Positions 16,601 to 26,400 of a DNA stretch of 64,000 bases are shown here, one piece after another. The notes beneath the pieces were generated by a model, which was not told the DNA's origin, did no database searches, and saw nothing but the letters and a program-made list of their open reading frames with translations. The first letter of the stretch is position 1, and every line of letters begins with the position of its first letter. The stretch is from the IMG/VR virus record IMGVR_UViG_3300042517_000577, positions 8,166-72,165 of that record, one strand, 5' to 3'. The stretch is from a virus. The position numbers were made by a program, and so were the translations under genes.

Positions 16601-19094
16601 TTCAAAAGGAGTAAATTATAAGAAAATTCCAACGATCTCTGAAATAGAATCTACTGGAAAAAATGCAATATTAATTCCAATTACTAACAGTATAGGAAAA
16701 ATTAATAAGATTGAGAGTATTTCTAATTTTATATGCCCCTCTGATAAAACTTTAAAACCATCATCAAACTTATATTCGTTAGTATATTTAAAAAATCACT
16801 ATAAAGTATCTAATATAAACCTAACTTATGGAGGTTCAAATTACTTGTCTCCGCCAACAATAAAAATTTACAATGAAGACACTAACAAGATTTATGATCA
16901 AGTTGGTGCTTATTGTGAATTATCTGGTGGATCAGTAAGCAATATCGTACTTTATAATGAAGGTTCGGGACTTCCAAAGAATGGAAATAAGGCAATATTT
17001 ACTGATAATTCAAATGGATTGAAGATATTAGATGCTACTTCTACTTTATCTGGAGAAAATTATCTAGTATCACTGACTGTAGAAACACCAATTTCTGGGT
17101 TCACTACATCTAGTCCAATTCCTTTTGAAGTTGGTGATGAAATTTTTGTTGAAGGGATCGTTTCGTTAGGTTATGGATTTAACTCTTCAAAATATGAGTA
17201 TGAAACATTCACTGTAGTTGGAATAGTCACAAATTATTCCAGTCCAGATCAATCTATTATTAGATATGAACTTCCAAATAGTCCAGGTACACCAGTATCT
17301 TACGATCTTGCATATGTAATCAATGCGAAAGATATTCCAACTTGTGAGTTGACAATATCAGAAAGTGAATTTTATGCAAATGAAATAGTTGATAAAACAA
17401 AATTAATTAACAATAAAGTTGATACTACCAGCAAATCAACAATAAAAGTTTATGATTCTTCCAATATATCAATTGGAGAAGTTTTAGAAGGTTCAAATAG
17501 TAAATCTAAAGGAACCGTTATAAAGATTGACAGTGTTATTGCAGATTTTGATGTTTCTAGCAGTAAATCAAAATCAATTGGATGGATTACTCAAAGAGGA
17601 AATCTATCGGAAATAACACAAAAATTACCAGATAATGATTATTATCAAAACTTCTCATATTCATTGAAGAGCAAACAAGAGATATCAAAGTGGGAATCTC
17701 CAGTTTCAGACCTTACTCACGTTGCAGGTCTAAAGAAATTTGGTGATCTTCAAGTAGAATCTAAAGATTCCAATCCATATCAAATAACTACAAATGATGT
17801 TTCTGATATAAACATTTCGTTAACTTCATATGTAAATATCAATACTATTAATGATATTGATTTAGTATTAGAAGATGTTGACGATCATCAAAATTTATAT
17901 TCAGAAATTCTTAAGTTTAGAAGTCTGAAATTATCTGATTATCTATTATGCCTTAATAATAGAGTTCTCTCCATAGATGATATTTCAAATAACTTTAATA
18001 CTGACGAATCATTTGTATCAATAATAATTGATACAACTCCTACTTATGGAGATGGTTCTCTTATTGCAAAATATCTCGTATTTTTAGAGTCTACAAAATC
18101 ATTCTATACCGACTTTGAGTTGCCATCACTTTCTGAAATATATTTGGCTAGAAATAATTCCGATGTTAATTTTGTTGCATACTCATATTTTGAAGATATA
18201 GAATTAGGTGCCTTCAATGCTAGAATAAGAACCACCCTTAATAATAAATCAGAAATTGTATTGGAACTTATTCCATACAGCATATTCAACATTTTAAGTG
18301 CAAAAACTATTAAAGAACTTGTCCCATTAGACAATGGAATAGTCATTAATGATTATGGAAATACTAGCAACGTTGCAATAACAACTTCCTTATCCTCACA
18401 GGCAATTCCATCTGAAAGGACAATTAATCTTTGTGATATATCAGAATGCAAATCTGGAAATGTTTATGTGGGAATTTCTACAGGTCCTAACAGCATAGAA
18501 GAGTTTATTGAATTTACTTTCTTATATAATGGAACTTCAGTGATACAATCTGTATATGCCGAGAACGAAATTAGAAACTTAGGAGAAGTTGGAATTAAAA
18601 CTGGACCTTCGAGCAATATTCAGATTACATATACTGGAATTCCCAATACTGCGGTAAAACTATACATCAATGCCAATCTGTTAGTTGAAACTTCAACTAA
18701 TCCAAAAGAGCAAACACTTGCTTATGGGAGATTAAATAGTGATAGAGTTCAGTTTACTGCTTCTACATTAGACCCAGTTGGCATTACAACTATAACAAAA
18801 GATTATGCAGCATCTAAATATGTAATTGAAGTTGAAAAGACAATAGGTGCCACTGTAACTAGAAATATTATTCAAATAAACTCGGTTCATTACGATATAG
18901 TTACTGAGATTGAAAAGTACTTAAATAATGTAAATTATGGAATTATTGGAAATTTTGATGATCTAGAATTTTCTACTATCTTTGATCCAAATCAGGGAAC
19001 ATATACGTTAGCATATTATCCAAGTGATTTGGCAGATTATGACATCAAGTTTTATGAGAAAAATATTGAAAGAGCAACTAATCCACTATTATAA
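10656..19094 (+). CDS. gp7: giant baseplate wedge initiator (gp7-like), N-terminal ORF
   Basis: Position after gp6; QIPEF, FYQTKGT..AFRILFKVLYG; YHYH-like region IIGWAYDGCPIYGP...LDEFNGR..TPEYPNG; DNDYYQNFSYSLKS. Confidence 0.8.
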   Translation: MNQDKKVVKISDVVENQIPEFILTENPNLVEFLQQYYISQEYQGATIDLVENLVDYKNFDSFDSTNLIKSTVTTQEVSYFDDVINVDSTHGWPSQYGLLKIDDEIITYTGIEENYLTGICTISVGSNVAYVSGIDTSLYIGRPFNIPSINKTLIIESVDSTSVTLLNTVLDSTSDFGYSDTNNYAFYINSPKFTGCIRGFSGVESLSDPTSPEYLKFSSSEVDEHENTSTVYNLSNLFLLEFFRKIKYQFSPGFEEFDFDPRIDAPNFISKVKNFYQTKGTDEAFRILFKVLYGEEIDIIKPKDFLFTPSDDQWIVVERFIGEAVNGDPLKLNGQTLYQDQYAFTGGLSANGSIYKVSSASLDGNQYYNIDIFSGYSNNLNPKGSIFGEFKITPKTYCTENVLAGSTTIPVVSTIGFPKSGFLVFGDLIIDYQDKTNTEFLNCYNITEDISSSSAIYAENFAYSYENGDSDKLVKIRLLNTISQIDTSNTILATKNDLLKIDNIGEIKENKFTKSLVYNIPSIITVGKVYSSIPSGKFGINKNSGQVKTQYKHYLRNGDIVEVYSKTLNQKLYDAEVSNVTEKGFTLNGTSQLSIGHSIKLFRKVFKSFSSNYPEVNQKFSINIQNSYEDSDNYYLTSNGFNLGNINSYKREYTLALETPSAGISTSILGSHQLYDGELVTVSNYTIQVVPGTVGFRNNVGIYTGLSLYAKRIDSDEIKLAFTKQDLYDGNYINFAETISEYSTDLTGYVKTIKLTLSKLYGNQFTSSKLFKKIPKDLTYSQEKTSTPSGSIGVFVNGIEIQNYKSFDKVYSGEIKSIDILDGGDNYSLSNPPQFDIDYGNDTTTILTPNLIGNIKSVSVLDPGFDYLETPIVKIKGGGNDSVRTEVKLKKIQKEISFNSQDPNVVITTDPINKFVFEDPHRLVVGDAVIYESFENTPIANLQNNGIYYIFDVGAGTSFKLAANKLDAFAGIGTINIGSGGKGLQRFTSVKTVSVIDSVNVIDLETEFKYKKLPLIKENVNHYDDILEFENHGFLDGDEVEYSYTGTSILSTASYYYVIKIDDNKFKLSSTKDLSTPVNISSSNTSSVHYFSYSPIRAQIKGRITKVGVSEIGYSADLLPIVTGSIENVNVCNSKTYSSTILNFEKPPRIQVKKGRYASIKPIIINGKIVKVLIQNPGENYFNNISIQVIGSGTGAELQPIITNGQITDVKILSPGIGYDQYTRLLIKSDGSGASLKANITQLNLNEVSKYSSSILNRGLLVGQKQNANRNTIGVYYLTPTLTTEFGISSDAHSKIIGWAYDGCPIYGPYAYENVDGTGNIIRMTSSYRKVKISPSISNSSTLDCAEDYVYRGGRGTLDEFNGRYCVTPEYPNGVYAYFATSTFPYFIGPNYRYSPVIDNFDPQHTQDLNIGDLGIFKHTFPYYVEDKDNYYDYFDFYPNIYSEDISVIDVSEGTVDDIEIIAGGRGYSIGDKIVFNNEGTEGFGASAEVSELRGVGISSVSSETITSSDATFIQNGDTVTVICNAPIDLQDEFYVNIDGISNSLYSTLEGNKKITFTEFTTKLSSNLSSGTGAVTEIKVTDSISIFDIDSQIKIGTETLTVIGFDYINNSIVVSRGNDSLSASAQTEVTLLQNKFQFKESKDLNIATKNETYYFDSELISIGTDLEPAGGNTITKTPLIDGKSETRFVRNGAIWMPNHKFKHGEEVTYTRDPDSDFIRIDDSPSTLLLDQISPLYVVDLGNDLIGFVDDKTKINSTDDLLLFVFAGTGKQHKLVTNRSVVTGDVLFNQTTVYTNSRHNLLVGDVVNIDLTSKETILYTVTRNSSTAKLRINSQNNPELVTYRNQTLEFDTSGLGSSEFKLYLDENFENEYLGNSDTGLEVIKTSDKLTLTISDNTPSKLYYNLETTNDLYQDLSVRNGNSIQIIPSKYSSISTIVDKTNRTYTINLPVEPEVSEYLSGDFSATYSVLKSNATGSIKDVRITSKGVNYKKIPTISEIESTGKNAILIPITNSIGKINKIESISNFICPSDKTLKPSSNLYSLVYLKNHYKVSNINLTYGGSNYLSPPTIKIYNEDTNKIYDQVGAYCELSGGSVSNIVLYNEGSGLPKNGNKAIFTDNSNGLKILDATSTLSGENYLVSLTVETPISGFTTSSPIPFEVGDEIFVEGIVSLGYGFNSSKYEYETFTVVGIVTNYSSPDQSIIRYELPNSPGTPVSYDLAYVINAKDIPTCELTISESEFYANEIVDKTKLINNKVDTTSKSTIKVYDSSNISIGEVLEGSNSKSKGTVIKIDSVIADFDVSSSKSKSIGWITQRGNLSEITQKLPDNDYYQNFSYSLKSKQEISKWESPVSDLTHVAGLKKFGDLQVESKDSNPYQITTNDVSDINISLTSYVNINTINDIDLVLEDVDDHQNLYSEILKFRSLKLSDYLLCLNNRVLSIDDISNNFNTDESFVSIIIDTTPTYGDGSLIAKYLVFLESTKSFYTDFELPSLSEIYLARNNSDVNFVAYSYFEDIELGAFNARIRTTLNNKSEIVLELIPYSIFNILSAKTIKELVPLDNGIVINDYGNTSNVAITTSLSSQAIPSERTINLCDISECKSGNVYVGISTGPNSIEEFIEFTFLYNGTSVIQSVYAENEIRNLGEVGIKTGPSSNIQITYTGIPNTAVKLYINANLLVETSTNPKEQTLAYGRLNSDRVQFTASTLDPVGITTITKDYAASKYVIEVEKTIGATVTRNIIQINSVHYDIVTEIEKYLNNVNYGIIGNFDDLEFSTIFDPNQGTYTLAYYPSDLADYDIKFYEKNIERATNPLL

Positions 19095-19099
19095 TAAAA

Positions 19100-21811
19100 A
19101 TGTCAGACAATTCTTCAAGTTCAATTTACGTTCCTTCAGTTTTTGGAACCAATTCATTTACATTAAAACACAAAAATGAACCTATTTTTTATAAAGAATT
19201 TGATGGAGAAGATTCTGAAGTCGTAGATTCTGGCAATGACATTATATCAATTAAAGATCACTTCTTTGTTACTGGGGAAAAATTAACTTACATTCCACCT
19301 GCACTTGGATATAGAATAAGAATATCACCATCTAGTCCAGGAAATACATTAAGCACCTCATTTTTGCCAGATGAGGTGTATCCAATTGTAGTGGATTCCG
19401 GAAAAATCAGATTGGCATTTACTGAAGAATTGGCAGTTCAGAATGACTATATTGATATAGTAGGTGTAGGAACTGGAAACCCACATGCATTTGAATGTGA
19501 GAAGCAGAACACAAAATGTTTGATATCTATTGACAATATTATTCAATCTCCAATATCAGTTGCTTCCACTGTAGCAATTTTAGATATTGTTGATAATACA
19601 ACTTTAGAATTGGCATCATTGGAAGGAATAACTCCAGGCACAATATTAAAAGTTAATGATGAATATGCAAAGGTCATATCAGTTAAATATGGAGCAAGTA
19701 ATACTGGCATTGGAACAGTTGTACTATTTCGTGGAGAAGCAATATTGGGAACCCCAGAAATAGAATGGGATGCTTCACTTGATTATGTCAGTGTAATGTC
19801 AGGTCAATATAATATTGTAGAAGATAGAATTTATTTTACAGACGCACCATTTGAAGGGAGAAAATTTAATTACACACTAACACCAAATGATTTCATAGAA
19901 TCTAGTTTCTCATTTAATATTTTTAATACGAATATTAAAACTGGATCTTTAGTTGGAATTACTACACAAAACCCTCCACAGGGATTAGATTCTGGTAGAA
20001 TATATTTTGCAATCAAGAATTATGAAAATAATTTTAGTTTTGCTGATACCTATCAAGATGCTATTTCAAAGGTAAAGGTTGAATTTGATATTGATAAAGG
20101 TCAATATGATAAACTTAAACCAATAGGAGATGTTGTTATTAATCATATTGATTTACTTGGAAATTCCTCCTTTTCGGGAAGAGCATTTTTAAGATCTGAT
20201 TATGATGGTAACGCAGTATTTGATGACATATCTCAAGGATTTAATGGAATTAGCACCTCATTTGAATTAAAGACATCTGGCATTTCTACTGTAGGAATTG
20301 CATCAGATAATGGAATTGTATTAATTAATAATGTATTCCAATATCCAGAATTTGAGGAGTCCTTTGTCTATGAAGAAGTTGGGGGAACTCAAACAAATAT
20401 TAACTTCATAGGAATAGGAACAGACTTTTATACCACCAAAGATTATGATGTTAATGTTAAAGGATTTCCTCGTGGTGGAATTATTGCTGGATATGGATTG
20501 AGTGGTGGGTATAACTATCAACCATTAAGAGAAGCAAAACTAGTAGAAACCTCCAAAATAGAAGAAGATGGAAATTATATTATTAGTAATGACAATATTG
20601 GAATAGCATATTCTGGTTCTGGATATAGAAATGAGGTTGGTTATGCAGTTTCAGTAATGTTTGAGCAAAATGGAGAGAGAATAGTTGGATATGGAACTGG
20701 AATCATCCAAGATGGTTATATTGTTTCGATTAATATTTTAGAAAATTGTGAATATCCAATTGGAACTGGAACACCAGCAATTGTAATCGAACCTCCATTT
20801 GAATATGAAAATCTAGAGTTAACTGGTTCCACTAATGGAATTGGCGCCAGAGTGTCATTTAGTGTTTCAGATTCTGGAAATATAGAGGAGTTCAAAATTA
20901 CCAACCCTGGATATGGATATACAGTTGGTGAAACTTTGTCGATTCCGAATGTTGTCGGAAAATCAACTCAAATTTCAGGAGATGAACTTAAAGTAATTGT
21001 TCTATATGTTGAGAAAGATAAGTTCTCTGCTTGGAATCTAGGTAACTTGAGAAAATTAGATGATCTTTCTAGTTATGTAAATGGTGTTAGAAGGACATTC
21101 AATTTAATGGAAAATGGTCAATTAGTCAGTATAGAAGCACTTCCAGGATCTCCAATAGAAATATCACAAACACTTCTAGTATTTGTAAATGATGTTCTAC
21201 AAATACCAGACGAATCTTATTTCTTTAATGGAGGTACTCAACTTATATTTGATGAGGCACCCCCATCAGGAAGCACTCTAAAAGTATATTTCTATACTGG
21301 AAGTGAAGGAGATACTATTTTCAATGATATCGATCCTAGAATTAAGGTTGGCGATAAAGTTGTTGTGAAGAAAAATATAGAATTAAATCCAAAGACACAG
21401 TTTAGTAGAACAGTTAAGAGAATACTGAGTTCTGACCGTTTGAAAACAGAAATCTACAATAAAGTTGGTCTTTCGTATGATTCAATTACATATCGTCCAG
21501 TTGATCTAACTCCACAATCAACAGATTTAATTATTGGAGGAGAAATTGTAAGCAAGGCAAGAGATTATTTAAGTTCTACTGGAATTGCATTCACATCTGT
21601 TACTACGGTTACTGGAACATTTGCAGCAGCATATGCTTCTACTGTAGGAATTAACACAGTTGGAATTCAAACTGGAGATTATATAGAATCTGAATATACA
21701 GATTCATATCAGGTCATTTCAATTTCCAGTGGAGTTATAGGAATTTCAACTTCTGCTACTAATACTGGAGCAACAACATCTACAATAACTGTTTGGAGAA
21801 AACAAGAATAA
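19100..21811 (+). CDS. baseplate structural protein (gp7-like C-terminal part)
   Basis: FSGRAFLRS, FDDISQGFNG, PRGGII motifs recalled from the C-terminal half of cyanophage wedge initiators; lies between gp7 and gp8. Confidence 0.7.
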   Translation: MSDNSSSSIYVPSVFGTNSFTLKHKNEPIFYKEFDGEDSEVVDSGNDIISIKDHFFVTGEKLTYIPPALGYRIRISPSSPGNTLSTSFLPDEVYPIVVDSGKIRLAFTEELAVQNDYIDIVGVGTGNPHAFECEKQNTKCLISIDNIIQSPISVASTVAILDIVDNTTLELASLEGITPGTILKVNDEYAKVISVKYGASNTGIGTVVLFRGEAILGTPEIEWDASLDYVSVMSGQYNIVEDRIYFTDAPFEGRKFNYTLTPNDFIESSFSFNIFNTNIKTGSLVGITTQNPPQGLDSGRIYFAIKNYENNFSFADTYQDAISKVKVEFDIDKGQYDKLKPIGDVVINHIDLLGNSSFSGRAFLRSDYDGNAVFDDISQGFNGISTSFELKTSGISTVGIASDNGIVLINNVFQYPEFEESFVYEEVGGTQTNINFIGIGTDFYTTKDYDVNVKGFPRGGIIAGYGLSGGYNYQPLREAKLVETSKIEEDGNYIISNDNIGIAYSGSGYRNEVGYAVSVMFEQNGERIVGYGTGIIQDGYIVSINILENCEYPIGTGTPAIVIEPPFEYENLELTGSTNGIGARVSFSVSDSGNIEEFKITNPGYGYTVGETLSIPNVVGKSTQISGDELKVIVLYVEKDKFSAWNLGNLRKLDDLSSYVNGVRRTFNLMENGQLVSIEALPGSPIEISQTLLVFVNDVLQIPDESYFFNGGTQLIFDEAPPSGSTLKVYFYTGSEGDTIFNDIDPRIKVGDKVVVKKNIELNPKTQFSRTVKRILSSDRLKTEIYNKVGLSYDSITYRPVDLTPQSTDLIIGGEIVSKARDYLSSTGIAFTSVTTVTGTFAAAYASTVGINTVGIQTGDYIESEYTDSYQVISISSGVIGISTSATNTGATTSTITVWRKQE

Positions 21812-21833
21812 ATAAGGTAAAAACACCACAAAA

Positions 21834-23405
21834 ATGCCAGCAATTATAACTGATAATTTAAAAATACAAAATTGCACCAATTTTGTAGATTCAATTAAGA
21901 ATGTTGAGGATAATCCTTCACAAGGAAATTATTATGTTTTTATTGGTTATCCAAATCCTGATGAATATTGGAATTCTTGGAATACAAATACACAAAGTCC
22001 AATAGATAATTTCAATTATCATAATTCATATAAAGAATCCATTCTCGGAGTGAAGAAAATTACATCATCTGATGTAATTAGAGCAATCCCTAAAATTGTT
22101 TGGACTTCTGGGACCAGATATGATATGTATAGGCACGATTATAGTGCTTATAATTTATCTGGCAACTCACAATTCCCTAGACTTTATGATAGTCAGTACT
22201 ATGTAATGAATAGTGAATTTAATGTTTATATGTGTTTGAATAATGGAACTAATCCAGGAAACTTAAAGGGAGTTCCATCTACGATTGAACCAACACATAC
22301 AGATACTAATGAGTACGTAGATAGAGGTGATGGTTATGTGTGGAAATTTATGTATAGCATTAGTCCAGCAGATTATTTGAAGTTTGATTCTACAGACTAT
22401 ATACCAGTTCCAAATAATTGGAAGACAAGCACTAATACATTAATATCAGAAGTAAGATCTAGTGCAATACCAGGTGCTATCAGAACCATTTTAATTGAAA
22501 GATCAACTCAATATTTAATTGGAACTGATCCAGAGTTGGGTGTAGTATGCCCTATACTGGGTGATGGAACTGGAGGCACTGCTTTAGTCACATTCAATGC
22601 TGAAGGATACCCAGAGACCGTAGAAGTAGTCAATCCCGGTTCTGGATACACTTATGCCACATTAGATTTGGATTCAGTCGTCCCTAGAGATATATCTATT
22701 GAAAAAAGTATTTTCAATGTAATCATTCCACCACCAGGTGGATATGGAGCAGATATTTACAAAGATCTTGGAGCATTTAGATGCTTGGTGTATAGCAGAA
22801 TTGAAAACTCCATAACAAATCCAGACTTTATTGTGGGAAATGAATTTGCTAGAGTTGGAATTATAAAAGATGTTTTAAGTAATGGTTCTGGGTCATATTT
22901 TAGTGGATCCACTGGATCAGGAGTTTATGGAATAGCATTAAATGATACTGGATTAACTATTAACGTAGATGATCCAATTACTCAATCTTCCACTGGGGCA
23001 AAGGGATACATTGTAACCTCTGAAGAAATAGGATCTGCGACATTTGTTAAGTATATTCAATCTAGAGAACTTTATGTAGATACTTATTCTTCTAATGATT
23101 ATATTGTAAAAACTTTTGATCCATATATTACTAATCCAGACTTTTCTGGTATCACCACTTCATCATCGTACACATATTCTACATTTAATACATCATCAGT
23201 AGCAATAGGTTCAAGTACTTACTCTGTTGCTGATATTGATGGTTCTGAATATTCAGGTGATTATTTGGGACAAACTTATACAAACGGACTATCAAATCCA
23301 GATATAAATACAAAGAGTGGTGATATTCTATACGTAGATAATAGATCTACTATCACTAGAGCATCAAATCAAAGAGAAGACATTAAAATTATTATAGAGT
23401 TCTAA
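21834..23405 (+). CDS. gp8: baseplate wedge subunit gp8
   Basis: MPAIITD, YDMYRHDY, DGYVWKFMY, SGDILYVDNR...QREDIKIIIEF. Confidence 0.93.
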   Translation: MPAIITDNLKIQNCTNFVDSIKNVEDNPSQGNYYVFIGYPNPDEYWNSWNTNTQSPIDNFNYHNSYKESILGVKKITSSDVIRAIPKIVWTSGTRYDMYRHDYSAYNLSGNSQFPRLYDSQYYVMNSEFNVYMCLNNGTNPGNLKGVPSTIEPTHTDTNEYVDRGDGYVWKFMYSISPADYLKFDSTDYIPVPNNWKTSTNTLISEVRSSAIPGAIRTILIERSTQYLIGTDPELGVVCPILGDGTGGTALVTFNAEGYPETVEVVNPGSGYTYATLDLDSVVPRDISIEKSIFNVIIPPPGGYGADIYKDLGAFRCLVYSRIENSITNPDFIVGNEFARVGIIKDVLSNGSGSYFSGSTGSGVYGIALNDTGLTINVDDPITQSSTGAKGYIVTSEEIGSATFVKYIQSRELYVDTYSSNDYIVKTFDPYITNPDFSGITTSSSYTYSTFNTSSVAIGSSTYSVADIDGSEYSGDYLGQTYTNGLSNPDINTKSGDILYVDNRSTITRASNQREDIKIIIEF

Positions 23406-23407
23406 AA

Positions 23408-26400
23408 ATGCCACAAAGCACTAACTTAAATGTAAGTCCTTACTATGATGATTTTAGTGAGGACAAAAACTACTATAAAGTTCTTTTCAAGCCTGGTGTA
23501 ACAGTTCAGACTAGAGAATTAAATAATTTACAGTCAATTTTACAAAGTCAAATTGAAAAATTTGGTAGTAAGTTCTTCTCTAATGGTGGAATTGTTATCC
23601 CAGGAAACTTTGCTTATGATGGCAATTTTAGTTGTATTGAAATTGAATCTACTTACAAAGGTGTTTTAGTAGAGACATATTTTGAAAATTTTGTTGGAAA
23701 GAAAATAAGAGGAAGAAATACAGGAGTTACTGCTAAAGTTGAATATGTATTATCTAAAGATAGTGCAGATTCAACTAGAAAAACCACAGCACTTTATGTT
23801 AAGTATTTGAAGTCTTCATCCCAAGATTTTGATGCTGAAGTTTTTGAAGATGGGGAAGAGTTAGTTTCAGAGCAAGACGTTACCGCAGGAACTACATTAT
23901 TCGCACAAGATTCTGCAGTATTCAGAGTTTTATCTCCAGTTGATAGAACTGCTTCTTCTGTTGGATCTTCTGCAAAAATCGAAGATGGAATTTATTTCAT
24001 AAGAGGTTATTTTGTTGATATAGAAAAAAATACTGTTATATTAGATCCTTATACAAATACCCCTTCATATAGAGTTGGATTGCAGATAACAGAATCTATC
24101 ATAGATTCTAATGAAGATACCGATTTGGTTGATAATGCCAGAGGATTTTCGAACTATGCTGCTCCAGGAGCAGACAGACTTAAAATTAGTGCAACATTAA
24201 TTAAGAAGGATATAGAAGATTATAATGATGATGATTTCATTGAACTGTTTAGAGTTGAAAACGGAATCGTAAGAAAGATAGATCAAAATGATCCATATGC
24301 TTTTATAACTGATGTTTTGGCAAGAAGAACTTACGATGAATCTGGAAACTACTACGTCAGACCATATAAAGTTACTGCTCGTGAATCCCTGAATGATGAT
24401 TTTGGGAACAAAGGTCAATATACCAGTGATGAAAAGACATCAGGTGGTTTAGTACCATCTGATGATTTAGCAGTCATTAAAGTATCCCCAGGTAAAGCAT
24501 ATGTGAAGGGATATGAAGTTCCTACAACTACCACTTTAATTGACTATCCAAAACCAAGAACTACAAAAACTGTAGATTCATCTTCTTCAAATTTCAGAAC
24601 AGGAAATATATTAAAAGTTAATAATATAGAAGGAATTCCAAAAATTGGAATTACCACTGATTCTTCTGTATTACTTCATAAGGTAAGGTTGGATGATAAT
24701 CATGAAGTAGTAGCAGATAATCAAATCGGAATTGCGAGAGTATATGATTATGAGTATGATAATAATAGTTTTTCAGATGAGTCCAGTGAGGCAAATCTAT
24801 ACCTATTTGATATCCAAACATATACCGAAATAAACACAAGCGCCACAATTAGTGGTATTACTAATGGAGATTATATACAGGGTCAATATAGTAACGCATC
24901 TGGATACGTTAAATCAAACTCAGGGCAAGACATTACTCTTTATCAAGTTTCTGGAACTTTTATAATAAACGAACCATTAGTTGTATGCGGAATTAGTACT
25001 ATAACTACCATTGATACAGTAGTAGATTATTCAATTAAGGACATTAAATCAGTATCTTCTGAAGATGGAACTTCATTTACGGCAGATTCAGTTTTATCAA
25101 AGAAAAAAAATATAGACGGTCCCTTTAATATCGTCGTCAGTTCAGGAATAGCAACAATTACCAGTCAAGATGGTTCTTCATTTGCTTCCGGATTTAAAGT
25201 AAGCGATATTATTTCATATACGATACCAAGTTCAACTTTACCAACATATTCAGGGATTTCTACTGTTGGTGCAGGAGGAACTTCTATAACAATAGATAAT
25301 ACCTTAGTTGCATCAGTTTCTAATGTGTGTTCCAATAGTTTAGGATCTACTGGCACTTTAAATAAAATTAAATTGGTTAGACCTAGAATTAAGAATTATA
25401 ATGATTCTGAATTCTATGCCCCATTAGAAAATCCAAATGTTTCTGAAGTAAGTTTCTTAAACTCTAGTATTTTCGTTAAAAAATATTATACAGGACTAAC
25501 AATATCTTCAGGAACATTAGACCTCCCAACATTAGAGAATACAAACTTTGTATATGCTGATTTTGATGAGGAAAGATATTGCGTTGTATTAAATGATGGA
25601 ACTAACATTTCATTGTCGGGTGATGATTTTGAGATTACTGCAGGAGGAAAGGAAGCATCATTTGATGGTTTATCTCCAGATGGAACTGCTAATGTCATCG
25701 TTACTCAAATTAAATCAGATATTTCATCCAAATTTAAAAAGTTGGATAGATGCCAATCAGTATCAATAACTAGATCTAAATACAATCCAGCATCAAATGG
25801 ATTGACTTACTCTAGAGTATATGGAAGACGTGTAGAAGATGAAGAAATTAGTTTAAATTATCCTGATATCTTCGAAGTTCACGGAGTATTTCAATCCACA
25901 AATTCAGATGATCCTCAACTTCCAGAATTAACAATTTCTGGATTAAACACTAACAGTTTAATTATAGGTGAAAAGATTGTAGGTCAGACTTCTGGTGCTG
26001 TTGCAATTTGTGTAGCAACTCCATCAAGTTCTAGAGTATCATTTATATACAAGTCCAAAAATACATTCAATTTCAATGAAATAGTTACCTTTGAGGAGTC
26101 TGAAACTCAAGCAACAGTTACTAATATTACATTTGGTTGTGATAACATATTATCAGAGTTTATAGTTGATAACGGTCAGAGAAAACATTTCTATGACATT
26201 GGGAGATTAATTAGAAAGGCTTCTTCTAGAGAACCTTCTAAAAAATTAACTATTATATTTGATTACTTCAAGTTTAAGACAACTGATTCCGGAGATATTA
26301 TCTCAGTAAATAGTTATCCATCAGAACTGTATGGGGATAAAATTCCAGTATTTAAGGGAGTAAGAAACACTGACACTATTGATACTCGTCCCAGAGTTGC

